Assembly (NCBI GenBank): GCA_964016885.1
Contig: OZ024744.1
Coordinates: 76,384,001-76,448,000 of the forward strand
DNA from: Eledone cirrhosa
Taxonomy: Eukaryota
Direction: 5' to 3'
DNA length: 64,000 nt
Shown: positions 24,138 through 38,331 of the stretch, piece after piece
Position numbering within the stretch: position 1 is the stretch's first letter
How the letters are laid out: every line of letters starts with the position of its first letter
Made by a program: the position numbers and the translations under genes
The notes under the pieces: generated by a model
Databases searched by the model: none
Told to the model about the DNA's origin: nothing
What the model saw: the letters and a program-made list of their open reading frames with translations, nothing else

Positions 24138-27100
24138 GCCAGCTCGTCTCCTTGAGGGAGCTGCAGTCCTGGATCAAGCGAAGGCCTAACGGCACTTCCA
24201 TGCCTGTAGAGTTTATCCCGAACTGGAAAAGCTCCTCGGTAGCACTGCCAGGCCAGGGATTTCTGGAAGTTGTCCATAGTCTCCGGCCCGAAAGTTCTTC
24301 CGAAGACATTGGCTAGTTGATTTTCGTCGACGCCTAGAGTTTCCCTAAGTACGTCGTCACTGTTCCCCTCCACTAATCCTCTATAGAACGCCAAGGTGGA
24401 GTTTCCACCGATCACATTTCCCGACTGGTCGAGGGCTATGAGAGCCTGAAGACATTCCAGTCGCCAAGCGCTCACTCACGGTCTTCGCTTGAACAAGGAC
24501 TGCAGCTCCGTCAAGGAGACGAGCTGTGGAAAGACGCGTCTAGCAAACGGCGACCACAACTGATCACCTTCGAGGAAGAGGTGGAGATGCCGTAGCCAGA
24601 GCGCGTGTCTGCGCATCATCAGCCACGGCTTGCCCAGCCCTCCTGACCATCGGAGCGTGTCTCTTCCACAAAAAGCGAAATAGCAAACGCTCCAGCGCAG
24701 TCAGGTGAGGTTTAGGACAAGGCACGACGGTCAGGCGGTAGTAGATGACGGACGGGATGTACGCATTCACCACCTCCGCTCGACCTTTGAGGGATAGCTT
24801 CTTCTCTGCCCATTTCTGGGTGAGAGAAGCCAACCTGCTCGTCACCTCGTCCCAGTTCTTGTCCGTCTGGCGGTCTGGACCGAACCAGACCCCTAGCAAT
24901 ATAACCGGCCCGTCCGTCCAGCGGCTGACGAGGTTGTTGGATGGCATGACCCTGCCTCTCCAGGTGCCGAGCTGCAGGCCCACCGACATTTCCTGGTTGA
25001 TCATTGCTCCTGTCACCGCCTCGTATTCACTTTGTGTAGTGCAGATTGCCACGATGTATTTGGCGGTCGACACCACTCCGGTGACATCGTCCGCATATGC
25101 TGACACGGAACTTCCGCATCCTAGTTCGCGCGGGACCCACCTCAACGTCTCCAGTTTGTGCAGTAATGGCTCCAGAGTCAATAAGTACAAGAGAGACTAG
25201 AGGGGACATCCTTGGCGGACCGAACGCATGATGTTGAACGGTGCCGAAAGGTGACCGTTCACTCTCACCACAGAGCAGATGTCGCTGTGCATGGCAGCGA
25301 TCTAGCCTCTGAAGACGGGCTCAAAGCCAGCCGCCCTCAGGACTGAAATTATCTATGTTATCCCCCTTGTTCTAATCCTTTCTCAGAAGCGCCACCGCTT
25401 CTCGGCTCACTGAGCTGGGAATTCTCCCCTTCTGTTGCCAGTTGCAGTAGACGTTCACCAAGAGCCCTCCGGACAAGCCTGGCATCTCTACGTAAAGTTC
25501 ATAGAGCAGACCATCCAAACCAGGTGATTTACCCTTTGTGCAGCCAGTCATTGCCTCCCGTACTTCAGCTGCTGTTATCGGCTTTTCGCAAAACTCCGCC
25601 TCAGTGCCCGACAACCGCAGTAGTCTGTCGAGGTAGACACTAAAGTCCATTCCTCGACCCGGCCCGCCGATGCCCCTGAACAACTGAGCGACGTGTCGCT
25701 GAAAAGCTTCACATATTTGCCCGGGATCGAGTAGCATGCGCCCGTCGTGGTCCACCAAAGAGCGGATCGTGGCTTTGTTGCCACGACGCGCCTAAGGGCC
25801 AATTTCGCCGCAAGTACGTCGTTTTGTTTTGATGCGTTTGTTGTGGGTTTGTTTCTGTTTCGCTTTTTGGTGACTTTTGTGGTGTTGGTGATGATGTTGT
25901 TGGGTTTAATGATGGTGTTGGTGTTGGTGTTTGTGGTGATGGGGTTGATGATGCTGGTGTGGATGGGCGCATAGATATCCTAACCTTTTTGTTTGTTAGT
26001 TTATTTGTTTCCCCCTGTATTTTGTTTTTGGAAGGGGAAGGAAGAGGATTTTTTTCTTTTGAGGGTTCTTTTTCTTTCTTTTTTTCTTGATACAGTTTCC
26101 CACTCCTCGTCGTCACAATCTGTCTCCATTTGCGATAGGTAGGGGAGTGGAAAATCTTCCACAGGCGTTGGTTTTGGCTGTGGCGTGGTGGATGGTGGAG
26201 GCGCTGGTGCTAGTTTTGGTGCGGTGGGTGGTGGTGGTGTTGGTTTTGCTACTGTTGCTGGGGTTGTTGCTGCTACAGTTGCTTCTGTTGTTGCTGCTAC
26301 AGTTGTTGCTGCCATTTCTGCTGCTGGTGGTGTTGATGGTTGAGTCACTTGGGTGGGTAAGAGAGGTGGCCTCAACTTTTTAGCCTGAGGGCAGAAATCC
26401 TTTAGGTGGGTTCTTTCACCACAAACGACACACCTAGGCCTTCTACCCTCAACGATTACGGTGAGGTGACTGCCGTCAGTGAGGTCTATCAGCTCTGGAA
26501 TTTCCTCTATGTATTTTTGGTCCGCTTGGATCAGGAGCTCCATCCCAGATCCGGACCAGTTCTGCTGCTTTTCTTTTGTTACCTCAATTATTTTGGTGTT
26601 GGCTTCGATGCCGGTGAGGACGGCAGCCATTAGCCAGGGAATTTCGATGGCCGGTGGAACGTAGGTCACCCTGATCTTCACGAGTCTCTGACCACAATAT
26701 CTTGGGTCGAGTGTGAAGTCGTCACTTCTTAATGAGGTCATGGAGTGCTCTCTCGCTTCCTGTGGTGTTCCAAAGAACACGTCTACAGTTCCATATTTCT
26801 GCCCACGTCTGATGTGGGTTTTTTCGCCCTCACATGTCCCAAAGCTTTTTGTATTATGGACTCGGATAACCTTTCCACTCGGTGTGCTTTTGTATTTATC
26901 GTCCGATATGACACGGTGCCTAGGCGCCGATGCTCCATTTTATTAGGTGGAGGTTGAGGCTGACCCTGTATCATCTTTTTTTACCATTCGCTTGGCTTCA
27001 TTTAATTCCTCCTGGCTTACCTCGATTGTTTCGCTTTTCTTGGCTGCTTTGGCAAACGACACATTTTGTTTTGCGGTGGTGTTGATGTTGTTGTTGTTAT

Positions 27101-27735
27101 TATCATTGTTGTTATTGCTTTTGTTGTTATTGTTATTTTTAGTTTTAGTTGTAGTGGAGGTGGTGGTGGTGTCAGTGGTGTTCGGCGTGGAAGAGTCGAT
27201 TCTGGGTGAATCCATTTCGATGTCACGAGATAATAATTTTTTTGTTTTGGTTTCTGATGTCGCTGTAGTGGTGGATGTCGCTGTAGTGGTGGTGGTGGTG
27301 GTATCAGTGGTGTTCGTTGTTCTTTTTGACATTGTGGTGGTGGGGGTGGCGGCTTTAACACCTGCAGTTATTGGTAATGGCGGGAAATCCATGCCTTCAT
27401 GCGGCAAATCTAAATAATTCAGGCTGCTATTAATTATACTTTCAGTGTTGGCAACCATGGCAAGGCTTACAATGGTGTTGGTGTTGGTGGTGTGGGGTAG
27501 GGGGGAGTTGGTCTGTTAAAAACAGTAAATTTGTCAAAGAAATATTTTGTTTGATAAATAAAAAGTTTAAGTTTTGGGCTCAAGGCCCCAATATTTTTTG
27601 TGTCCTTTTCAGAAAGCAATATATGTGAACTTATAAACACTTAACAACAAACATTTTCCATAGATGGCAATTTGAAAACAACTGAAAACAACAAACCTTT
27701 GCGGAGCTCACGATAATACGATTTCCTAAGTCGCC
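24138..27735 (-). mobile_element. Tx1-clade LINE copy A: 5' UTR, ORF1 and internally deleted ORF2
   Basis: ORF1 pieces 27458-26001 with CX2CX4HX4C knuckle (CVVCGERTHLKDFC); ORF2 remnants KSPGLDGL, SVRQGCPL, AYADDV, LSLKGRAEV; endonuclease region and part of RT deleted; 3' end lost. Confidence 0.9.
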
Positions 27736-27762
27736 AATAATAATAATAATAATAATAATAAC

Positions 27763-27801
<39 letters not shown>

Positions 27802-30800
27802 TTCTTTATTGGCCACAAGGGCTGACATCAAAAAAACATTACAGACGGTACAGGACGGTACGATGTGGGTTTTGTGCATGTAAAGATTTTTATTATTTAT
27901 ATAAGAAAATTAAAAAAAGACATAGAAACATATAAACAATAAAATTGAAAATTGAAACAATAAAAAATTGCCCAACAGGGCGGAAACCTCCGAGGGCTAT
28001 TCGTGGCGATAACCACAGAAAAGACCACGGCCACCCTGACCACCAGGGCAAGCGCCCTCTCTCAATTTTTCTCAACTTGCAAAAGTTACTTAGGGATTCG
28101 CCGAAGAGGAAAGTGTCTGTCTTTAACCCTTTCAACCTTGTCCACCACACAATCTCTTTCGCCATGTCCACCAGGTAGATGAAAACCGCCTGCCCTTCCT
28201 CATCGAAAGAAGACGCGAGACCATCTGCACAATGGACTCAGTCGATAACCGGATCAGTCCTACACGCGACAGCAACTGTTCGACACAGCTCCACAAGTCA
28301 GCAATGCTCGGGCACTGAACGAGTGCGTGCAGGACGGTTTCGTCGCTCTACGCGCATGTCGGACAGGCCTGTAGAGCTTATCTCGAATCGGCAACGCTCC
28401 CCGGTAGCACTGCCAGGCCAGGGATTTTTGGAAGTTATCTATAGGCCCGGGCTGAAATTTCTCCGGAAGAGAGCAAAGAGCTGATCTTCTTCGACGCCTA
28501 GGATCGCTCCGAGAACGTCGTCATTCTTCCCCTCCACTAGTCCTCTATAGAACGCCGAGGTGGATGTTCACCGATACTGTTGCCCAACTGGCAGAGGGCG
28601 GTGAGTGCCAGTTTCCAAGCGCTATCCCTCCGTCTTTTCTTGTCACAGGACTGCAGCTCCGTCAAGGAGACGAGCTGTGGGAAAACGTGCCTGGCGAACG
28701 GCGACCACACCTTTTCACCATCAAGGAAGCACCAGAGATGTCGCAGCCTCAGCGCATGTTTGCGCATCATCAGCTATGGCATGCCAAGTCATCCACGCAA
28801 CGTGTGTTGACAGCAAATGGATTTTCTGACAATGGGAGAGCGTCCCTTCCACAAAAAGCGGAAGAGGAGGCGCTCCATTTTGGTGAGTGAGAGTTGGGCT
28901 GGAGCAAAGGACGACGGTGAGGCGGTAGCAGATGACGGATGCGATGTACGCATTCGACACCTCTGCCCGGCCTTTCAGTGACAGCTTCCTCTCGGCCCAT
29001 TTCTGGGTGAGGGAGGCCACCCTGCTCGTCACCTCGCTCCAGTTTTTCTCCATCTGGAGGTCCGGTCCAAACCTGACCCCCAGCAATTTAACCGGTCCGT
29101 CCGTCCAACGCCCCACGACGCTGTCGGACGGCATGGACTTGCCACTCCAGGTGCCGAGCTGCAAGCCCACATACTTTTCCTGGTTTATCTTTGCTCATGT
29201 CACCGTTTAGCAGAGTTATGGGCCTGAAGTTATCGATAACATCCCCCTTGTTCGATTTCTTTCTCAGCAGCACCACCGCTCCCCGGCTCACAAAACTGGG
29301 AATGCTCCCGTTCTGCTGCCAGTTGCAGTAGACGTCTGCCAAGAGGTCACCGAACAAGTCTGGCATAAATGCATAAAGCTCGTAGGGCACACCATACAAA
29401 CCTGGCGATTTACTCCTCCTGCAGTTAGCCATCGCTTCCTGTATTTCACCGGCTGTTATTGACTTTTCGCAACAGTGTGCAGCAGTCGTCGAGAGCCGGG
29501 GCAGTATGTCGAGGTATGCACTGAAGTCCATACTCCGATCCGGCCCGCCGCTGCTCCCGAACAGTTCAGCAAAGTGCTGCTGAAAAGCCTCACACATCTG
29601 CTCGGGTTCGAGTAACACGCGCCCGTTTTGTTCAGATAAAGACTGAATTATGGCTTTGTTGCCACGTCGCGCCTCTGCCACCCGGGCCCATTGGACGGCT
29701 TTTGTCCCCTCGTGTTTCAGAGCACGCGATTTATCTCTGACAACGAAGCCTTCGTGTTTTGCGTTGAAGAATTGGTCGCGTGCCAATCTCGCCGCAAGCA
29801 CGTAGGTTGCGATGCATGTCCTAAACGCCTCTTCTAGCTTTCTGACTAGCTCTCCCTCTATTCTATTTACCTCTATCGCTACTTCTTTGCTAAACCTAAT
29901 CGATTCTACTTTAATTGCCCTTTTCAGGGCAAACCACCACCTGTTGTTGACGACCACTCCCGTCAACGCCCGGTTAAGTAATACGCTAATCCGGTCTCTG
30001 TAGACTTTGCGCGCAGGGAAAGACGCGTTCAGCTTCCAGTAACCAGGTCCTTGTATTTGAAATCTGTCTATGTCGATCTCACAGATCTCAAATTTCTGGT
30101 CTGTGTAGTCGACTATTTTAAATTGTGGACAACTTATACTAGCCTTATCTAGTTCTCTGCAGAATACCCTATCGAGATACGATCTGGATGACTCGATGCG
30201 GTTTATCCATGTCCACATTGGCACATTCGGGTAATCCAGTCGATACCTGTCAGACAGTTCAAAACGTCTGAGCAGGTTGGCGAGGCTCTTGCACCCTCCT
30301 CCCCTATCCACTAGCCCCACACAATCCAAGGCTAGTAGCTTGAAACCATTGCCTTCGCTGCCGGTCACGTCCAGCACCACCGACTTACCTTCTGAATCCA
30401 GGAAGATGGCCCGTATCGCGAGATCCAAGTCTCTCCGAAAAAGGACGGCAACCCCTCCCTCCGATCCTGGGCGGCTGGGAGATGCGTATACATCGTAGCC
30501 GCCGAAGATCGGTGCGAAGGCTCGTGCTTCGGAGATTCTGGTCTCGCTGATGGCCACCACGTCTATGTTTAGTAACCCGAGGTCGTTGAGCAGGTGACCC
30601 TGCTTCCAAGATGATACCAGGCAAAGTACATTTATACTGCCTATTATAAGTACGCCCATGTTGGATGAGAAACGGGGCAAGTGAGAAAGGGTCACTTACC
30701 TTGATCGTGTGGTGAAGGGACAGTAGAACCGTCGTTTTGATTGGTCATGGGGGTTTCCAACAGGATGTCAGTGTATATCCTCTTGGTAACCGAGTCTCTA

Positions 30801-31620
30801 AAGTCTCCAACTGCGTTGGGCAATTTTTGTTTTAAAAGTTTTTACTGTTCTATTTTGATATCAATGATGCTTATGTTTGTTGGGAGAGTTCTTGGTGTTG
30901 GTGGGGTGTAGTAGTTTTTTTCTGTGATGTCTGTGTGCTGCTTTATATGTTGTATGAGTTCTTTATTTGCCATGTTTATGGCTGTGTATTTTTTTGGGGG
31001 AGGGGTGATTTTGTTGCTGTTTTCTTCTTGTTGCTGTTTGGTGTGTGTGTGTGTTTTGTTTTGTTTGCGTTGTTGGTGTTTTTGGTGATGCTGGTGGTGG
31101 TGTGGTTGTTGTTGGCGGTGGTGCTTGTGGTGGTGATGGTCATGGTGGTGGTGTTGCTGCAAGTTACCTTGCAGCCTTTACCCTCTTCATGTGCCTTCGC
31201 TTTTGGAGGGTGAAACTAAGGGGCTTTCTTTTTTGTGGCAGACCGTTTGCCACTTCACTCCCGCCTCAGACTCCATGTCGGATTTCGTGGCGTCTGGGAG
31301 GGGTATGTACTCCACGGCTGTTGGTGGTGGTAGGGGAGCCCTCTTCGGCAATTTTGTTGCTGGTGCAGCTACTGCAAATGTAGCTACTGTTGTTGCCGCC
31401 ACTGATGCTGCTGCTTTAGTTGTCCGTGGCCTTGGTACGTGTGCCACGGACGTTGCCCTCCTACTCACCGTGGAAGGGGCTTTTGCGTTTGTTGCCTGCC
31501 CTGCTCTTGGTAGCAGCGGACCAGGTATTGGAAGGAGTGGGGCCTTCTTCTTCGCTGTCTTCTGCGGCCAAAAGCCCTGAGGTGACCCTTTGGCCCACAG
31601 AGATAACATTTTGGCCGTCT
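27736..31620 (-). mobile_element. Tx1-clade LINE copy B: ORF1 C-terminus, APE endonuclease, RT with central deletion, 3' UTR and (ATT)n tail
   Basis: ORF 29088-30695 has APE motifs (SINV, ISETR, SYLDR, GPGYWKLN) and NFRPITLLN; the RT core including YADD is deleted at ~29205; C-terminal Cys/His region ~28300-28400; tail 27736-27800. Confidence 0.9.
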
Positions 31621-31974
31621 TCCTTCTACACTTATAGGGAGTTAATTCTTTGGTTAAGACTACAATATCTAACATGTCTTTTCCTTTTTATGACAACGAG
31701 GTGTAATTAATTTGAGGGACATTTGGCTTCTATTTCAGGCAGGTTAAATATTTCGTAGATATTTAAGATGGCGTTTGTTACGTGAGTTCATACCATATAT
31801 ACAACATATACAAGACATGTACTATACATTTGGCAGCCCCCCCCCCCCAAAAAAAATAAACGAAACGAAAACAGAACATTTTATAACACTGCTACACTGT
31901 TAGAAATAGACACGATATATATATAAAGAAATATATATATATATATATATCCCTTCTCCCTCCACCTCTACACG

Positions 31975-32222
31975 TCTCACATCTTTTCCCCCTTGTTTTT
32001 AACTTTTATTTTCCAACTCACGTGTGTGGTTTTTTTTCACTTCCACCTCATCCTCCTCATCCTCCTCATCCTCCTCCTCCCGCTCCTTCCCACCACTCTC
32101 CCGATGAAGGGCTTATGTCCGAAACGTCGCACAAACACACACACTCCAACTCACAATAAGCGTGAACCTAATACCTTTCGTAACTTTTACTCCTGTGTTG
32201 TTGTTTCTTACTTTCAAATATA

Positions 32223-32259
<37 letters not shown>

Positions 32260-32468
32260 CGAAGGAAATGTGGTAAGGAACCAGGTGGACCATAACGCAC
32301 CAAAGCACTCAATACTTAGGGTAGTAGAGTGGGTAATAGGAACGAGTAGGACCCCGACGGCTGAGCCCAAGACGCCCCGACGGCCAACTCTGGACTAAAT
32401 CCAGATTGATTTAGTCCAGAGTTGGCCGTCGGGGCGGCTTGAGCTCAGCCGTCGGGGTCCTACTCGTT

Positions 32469-32473
<5 letters not shown>
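31975..32473 (+). mobile_element. PLE-type pseudo-LTR with minimal HHR variant, followed by a fold-back segment
   Basis: CCGATGA-a-GGGC-ttat-GTCC-GAAACGTC at 32101-32128; homologous to 49425-49550; inverted copy at 33815-34104; hairpin at ~32336-32473. Confidence 0.6.
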
Positions 32474-32504
<31 letters not shown>

Positions 32505-32782
32505 GAAGTTGTATTTAAATTGTTGGGATACAAGCAAATATTTTAATAACTGATATAAAGCACTCAACAAATTAACTTTTTTCTCTTTTTTCTCTTTCTT
32601 TTCTTTCTCTTTCTCCATACCCCAACGGCTTATTTTAAATCTACTGTAATTTAAACATATCCGACACTAATTTGCATAATATAATAAATAAATTTATAAC
32701 CCCACTATCCGGGAGCTTCCAACAGAAATGGTCGCATTTTTTAAGGGTATGTCAATATTTATTTATAAAACTGATCTATATT

Positions 32783-32849
32783 ATATTTTATCTGATGAAA
32801 GCACACCATAATTTAACTTGGTATCCTTGAAATATGTATAATGAAATAT
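32783..32849 (+). ncRNA. Type I hammerhead ribozyme motif
   Basis: Stem I ATATTTTAT/ATGAAATAT (9 bp including one G-U), CTGATGA, stem II aag..acca/tggt..ctt, GAAA-T-ATGT-A-TA (AUA cleavage triplet). Confidence 0.75.
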
Positions 32850-32886
32850 ATATGGTTTTATAAATATAGTTTCCATTTGTTAATAT

Positions 32887-32991
<105 letters not shown>

Positions 32992-33030
32992 GATATTAAT
33001 AAATGGAAACTATATTTATAAAACCATATT

Positions 33031-33095
33031 TATTTCATTATATATATTTCAAGGATACCAAGTTAAATTATTGTATGCCTTCATCAGACAAAATA
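33031..33095 (-). ncRNA. Type I hammerhead ribozyme motif (inverted paralogue of 32783-32849)
   Basis: tattttgt-CTGATGA-aggcatac..gtatcctt-GAAA-T-ATAT-A-TA-atgaaata. Confidence 0.75.
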
Positions 33096-33719
33096 CAATA
33101 TATAACAGTTTTATAAATAGACATTGACGTACTCTTTTAAAAAGTGACCGTTGCTTTTGTATATTACTGCTCCCCCAGGTGAGCTGAATTTGTAATCCCA
33201 TATAAACGGCTGTTATTTCCAGCACTATGAGTGGGACGTTAGAGGACTGGAATAAGCCGTGTGCAAAACCTCGTGTATTTTCGCTACGCTAACCAGACCT
33301 TAGATATTTTTCTGAGGTGAAGTTATTTAATTTATCTGGATACCTATTGATAAACACGGAAAATTAATTAACTCACTACTAATTAATTAATTATTTCACT
33401 ATTATACCATCCTTTGTGAAACATGTTTAAAGTTTGAAGTTCTGACCGATCTGCGGAAAAAGTTTGTATTTTGAAATTTAAACGTGTCTAGGTACCAAGG
33501 CTTTTTGCCCATATGAGTCTGTGAGTATTGATTTATTATTTTTTAGATCGTACAGGCAAACTTTATGTAGTTGAATTAAGATATTTCATTCTAACGATTT
33601 TATTAGTAAATTGCAACTAAAACATGTAAATGTTCATCAAATATTAATTTATTCTGCTCAGAAGCGATTCTTAGAGCTGAAATGATTGTAAATGACCCCA
33701 TTGAGTGTAAACTCTAAGT

Positions 33720-34104
<385 letters not shown>

Positions 34105-34147
34105 ATATATACAACCAACATATACTTAAAATATATATATATACATA

Positions 34148-35620
34148 TAACTAGGAATTGATCAACATATATATAAATAAATATAAACATGAAAAATCAC
34201 AGGAGATAATGTTTACAAGCGTGTAACCACGCATGGCTAGTAGGTAACAAATAAATAAAGTTAACTAGAACTTCAAAAATATATACCTTTTAATGATTAA
34301 TCTTGCCTGTATATATTTCATTAAAGAAATATATTTCACCAATTAATCAGATGGTAAGTCACGGAAAGTGGATATTATTGGATTATCAACAAGGAAGAAC
34401 AATATCAAGCGATCCATGTTTACACTTCGAGTCAAAATCTTAAACTAGCCGTTACCACGTGTTGATATTACACATCACAGCGGTTTCGTTTCAGTGGCGT
34501 GAATAGGTATTCGACAACTAGAAATAGCAGTCAATTCCCTTCAACAGAGTTAGCGCTACAATTAAGGAGCAGTATTATATATCTATATCCAAAATTAAGA
34601 TAGATTAAAAGAATTCAATCAGAATCGAAATTATGGGTGTCATTCCTTATCAGAATGCGCCATATCGCCCGGAAAATAAGCTCTAGGACTTTGTAAGTAC
34701 GAGCATTTAATAATAACTAGAAATTGATCAACATATATATAAATAAATATAAACATGAAAAATCACAGGAGATAATGTTTACAAGCGTGTAACCACGCAT
34801 GGCTAGTAGGAAACAAATAAATAGAACTTCAAAAATTAGCCATGCGTGGTTACACACTTGTAAAAATTATCTCCTGTGATTTTTCATGTTTATATTTATT
34901 TATATATATGTTGATCAATTCCTAGTTATTAAAATGCTCGTACTTACAAAGTCCTAGAGCTTATTTTCCGGGCGATATGGCGCCTTCCGTTATGGAATGA
35001 CACCCATAATTTCGATTCTGATTGAATTCTTTTAATCTATCTTAATTTTGGATATAGATATATAATACTGCTCCTTAATTGTAGAGCTAACTCTGTTGAA
35101 GGGAATTGACTGCTATTTCTAGTTGTCGAATACCTATTCACGCCACTGAAACGAAGCCGCTGTGATGTGTAATATCAACACGTGGTAGCGGCCAGTTTAA
35201 GATTTTGACTCGAAGTGTAAACATGGATCGCTTGATATTGTTCTTCCTTGTTGATAATCCAATAATATCCACTTTCCGCGACTTACCATCTGATTAATTG
35301 GTGAAATATATTTCTTTAATGAAATATATACAGGCAAGATTAATCATTAAAAGGTATATATTTTTGAAGTTCTAGTTAACTTTATTTACTTGTTACCTAC
35401 TAGCCATGCGTGGTTACACGCTTGTAAAAATTATCTCCTGTGATTTTTCATGTTTATATTTATTCATATATATGTTGATCAATTCCTAGTTATTAAAATG
35501 CTCGTACCTACAAAGTCCTAGAGCTTATTTTCCGAGCGATATGGCGCATTCCGTGAAGGAATGACACTCATAATTTCGATTCTGATTGAATTCTTTTAAT
35601 CTATCTTAATTTTGGATATA
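34148..35620. repeat. ~565-bp tandem unit with one internal orientation switch
   Basis: Forward block 34148-34836 (period 566) and reverse block 34837-35620 (period 564); flanked by (TA)n. Confidence 0.9.
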
Positions 35621-35641
35621 TATATATATACATATATATAT

Positions 35642-35714
<73 letters not shown>

Positions 35715-35716
<2 letters not shown>

Positions 35717-35937
35717 AAAAGTAAACAGAAATAACACAATCGTTACAGTCAGTATATGGAAGGTATATATTAGGTTAACGCTTGATATAGCAGGAAGAGG
35801 GTCTTAACGTTTCGAACGCTATTCCTTCATCAGAACAAAGAATGAGAAATAAAATAGATCAAAGGGACGGGTAGGATTGAATTGGAAAAAATATATTTAG
35901 ATACAAATAAGAGCTCCATTCATGTTGAAATCTCTTG
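35715..35937 (-). mobile_element. PLE pseudo-LTR fragment with minimal HHR (35801-35838)
   Basis: Minus strand reads CTGATGA-aggaatagcgttc-GAAACGTT-aagac; homologue of 2474-2692. Confidence 0.6.
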
Positions 35938-36054
35938 CAAAACTATTGGTGCTGGCGTTTTGTGTGGAAAAGTGGATGATGGAGCGCGTCTACCTGAAAT
36001 GTAAAAAAAAACCTTTGGTAAAAAGAGCTATACTTGAGCACGTGTGTAAGCATG

Positions 36055-36087
<33 letters not shown>

Positions 36088-36192
36088 TATAGGTCCGTAC
36101 GAAGCTTATAAGAGTTATGTAAGTAAAGAGTGTGTGTGCATGTAAGTAGAAAACTGTGAGCTAAGAGAAAGCGATAGGAATCTTGGGGTGCG

Positions 36193-36223
<31 letters not shown>

Positions 36224-36547
36224 TTACTGAACTCTTTTGCAAGATTTTAAATAAGGACGGCTTTGGAATATATTAATTTGGAATCATCTCTGCATTATTT
36301 ACTAAACAAATCTGCCTTTCTTTTTAAATTGAGATTATTAAAAAACGTGATGAAGGATCTTGTACATATGTTTATTCAGTAACGTTTCCGGTGCAAGAAA
36401 ATTGGTTTCCTGGCATCTGAGAGGAATATAAGATCTTTATGTGTGTATATACATATGTAAATATATATATATTTATATATATATATATATGTGTGTATGT
36501 GTGTGTGTTTAGATATATACCTATATATACCTATATATATATGTATG

Positions 36548-36579
<32 letters not shown>

Positions 36580-36654
36580 TACATATGTCTGTGTGTATGT
36601 GTGTGTGTATGTATATAAGTACATATATATATATGTATATATATATATGTATAT

Positions 36655-36697
<43 letters not shown>

Positions 36698-36864
36698 TGT
36701 ATGTGTGTGTGTATGTATGTGCGTGTGTGTGTGTGTACATTCTGTTACCATTTGAAATGAGTGCAATTTTTTTTTTCACTCCTTTACCTCTACAAGCAAT
36801 TATTATTATTATTATTTTTGTTGTTTTGTTTCTCTCGCCTCTTCACCCTCTCTTCCCATTCTCT

Positions 36865-36971
<107 letters not shown>

Positions 36972-37161
36972 CTTTCGTTTAATGGTGCAATACTATCCAG
37001 GCACCACAAACCATTAGGAAGGCTGGAAGATGTCAATAGTAACTAATCACCTATTCCTAATAAATACATGAAATTTAACAAGAATATATAACACCAAACC
37101 AATACCAAAGTCTGTTTGTTTCTATCAGCGTCATATACCTATTTCTAGTATATATTTTAAC

Positions 37162-37450
37162 CCAGGCATGGGCAACCTTTTTCGAGAAGCGGGCGCCATG
37201 AGATATGGCTCATCATCAGGCGGGCTGCAAGCGCTAATTTACATTCGCGCCCACATTAGGTGGTAACAAAAGGGGTGGTAACTCAGGTTGTTTTGTTTGT
37301 TTCTTCAGAATTCGTACACGTTGTTTTCCTCGATCGTAAAAATGATAGAAAGATAAATTACGACTGAAAAGTTTCGGGTAAAAAAATCAGAAAGATGTCA
37401 CTTAGGTGACTTTCAGAAAGCTTTGCGGGCCGCAGGTTGCTCATGACTGG
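37162..37450. mobile_element. hAT-like MITE
   Basis: TIRs CCAGGCATGGGCAACCT / AGGTTGCTCATGACTGG; imperfect 8-bp TSD attttaac/tttttaat. Confidence 0.65.
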
Positions 37451-37453
37451 TTT

Positions 37454-37893
37454 TTAATCCTTTAACATTTAAACCAGCCATATCCGGTCAGGATTGTCTC
37501 ACCTCTTTCTGTTCAAACCTCCCATAACCGGCTGCTCATCCTTATGTTAAGGTATTGTTCTCAAAATAAATAATATCAAAATATCGTAGATTCGATATTA
37601 TGTGAGATAATTATGTAAGATAAAGCATTTACCACAAAAATACAATAGTAAATATAGAGTAATATAAATGTTAAAGGGTTGAATATGCCATATCCGGCCA
37701 GAACTCTCTCGCCTCTTTCTGTTCAAACCGGCTGTAACTGGCTGCTCTTGCTAACATTAAGGTATTGTTCTCAAAATAAATGATATCAAAATCTCGTAGA
37801 TTCGATATTATGTAAGAGAATTACGTAAGGTAAAGCCTTTAGCTCAAAAATACTATAGTAAATACTATAGTAATGTAAATGCTAAAGGGTTGA
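37454..37893. mobile_element. piggyBac-like MITE, tandemly duplicated (~220-bp unit)
   Basis: ttaa-tcctttaacattta left end and taaatgYtaaagggttgaa right ends (TTAA/CCCTTT-type termini); internal sequence repeated twice. Confidence 0.55.
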
Positions 37894-37986
37894 ACATACG
37901 TAAAAAAAAACGTTGTACCGTACGTTGAACATACGTAAAAAAAACGTTGTACCGTACGTTGAACATACGTAAAAAAAAACGTTGTA
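37890..37986. repeat. ~35-bp minisatellite, about 3 copies
   Basis: ttgaacatacgta(n)cgttgtaccgtacg repeated. Confidence 0.9.
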
Positions 37987-38331
37987 AGTGCGGTCGTGGC
38001 TAATGTGGTTAAGGAGTTCACTTTGTGACCCCCGTAGTTACCCATTCATTCGCACTGCATGGCACTTTGACCACATGTTTTCTTCTACAGCAGAGGTTCT
38101 CGAACTGGGCGCTACCACCCTGGGGTGGGGGGGGGCGTTTATAAGGTCCAGGGAGGTTGACAACGTCTAGGGGGCGCTGGAGTAGCGATAGAGATGATGT
38201 AATAGTATATTAGCTATTAAATGATACATATGTATATATGTAAATATAGTAACATAAAAAATATATATTTATTTATACATAGTATATATTATATTATTTA
38301 TTATATGTAATATAATAAATAATAATAAATA

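Noticed and set aside
29088-30695. Intact 535-aa LINE ORF2
   Set aside because: The RT core including YADD is deleted at ~29205, the APE domain has an internal deletion, and the C-terminus is out of frame
37205-37225. TCATCAG (minus-strand hammerhead core)
   Set aside because: Lies within a hAT-like MITE and no convincing stems I-III surround it
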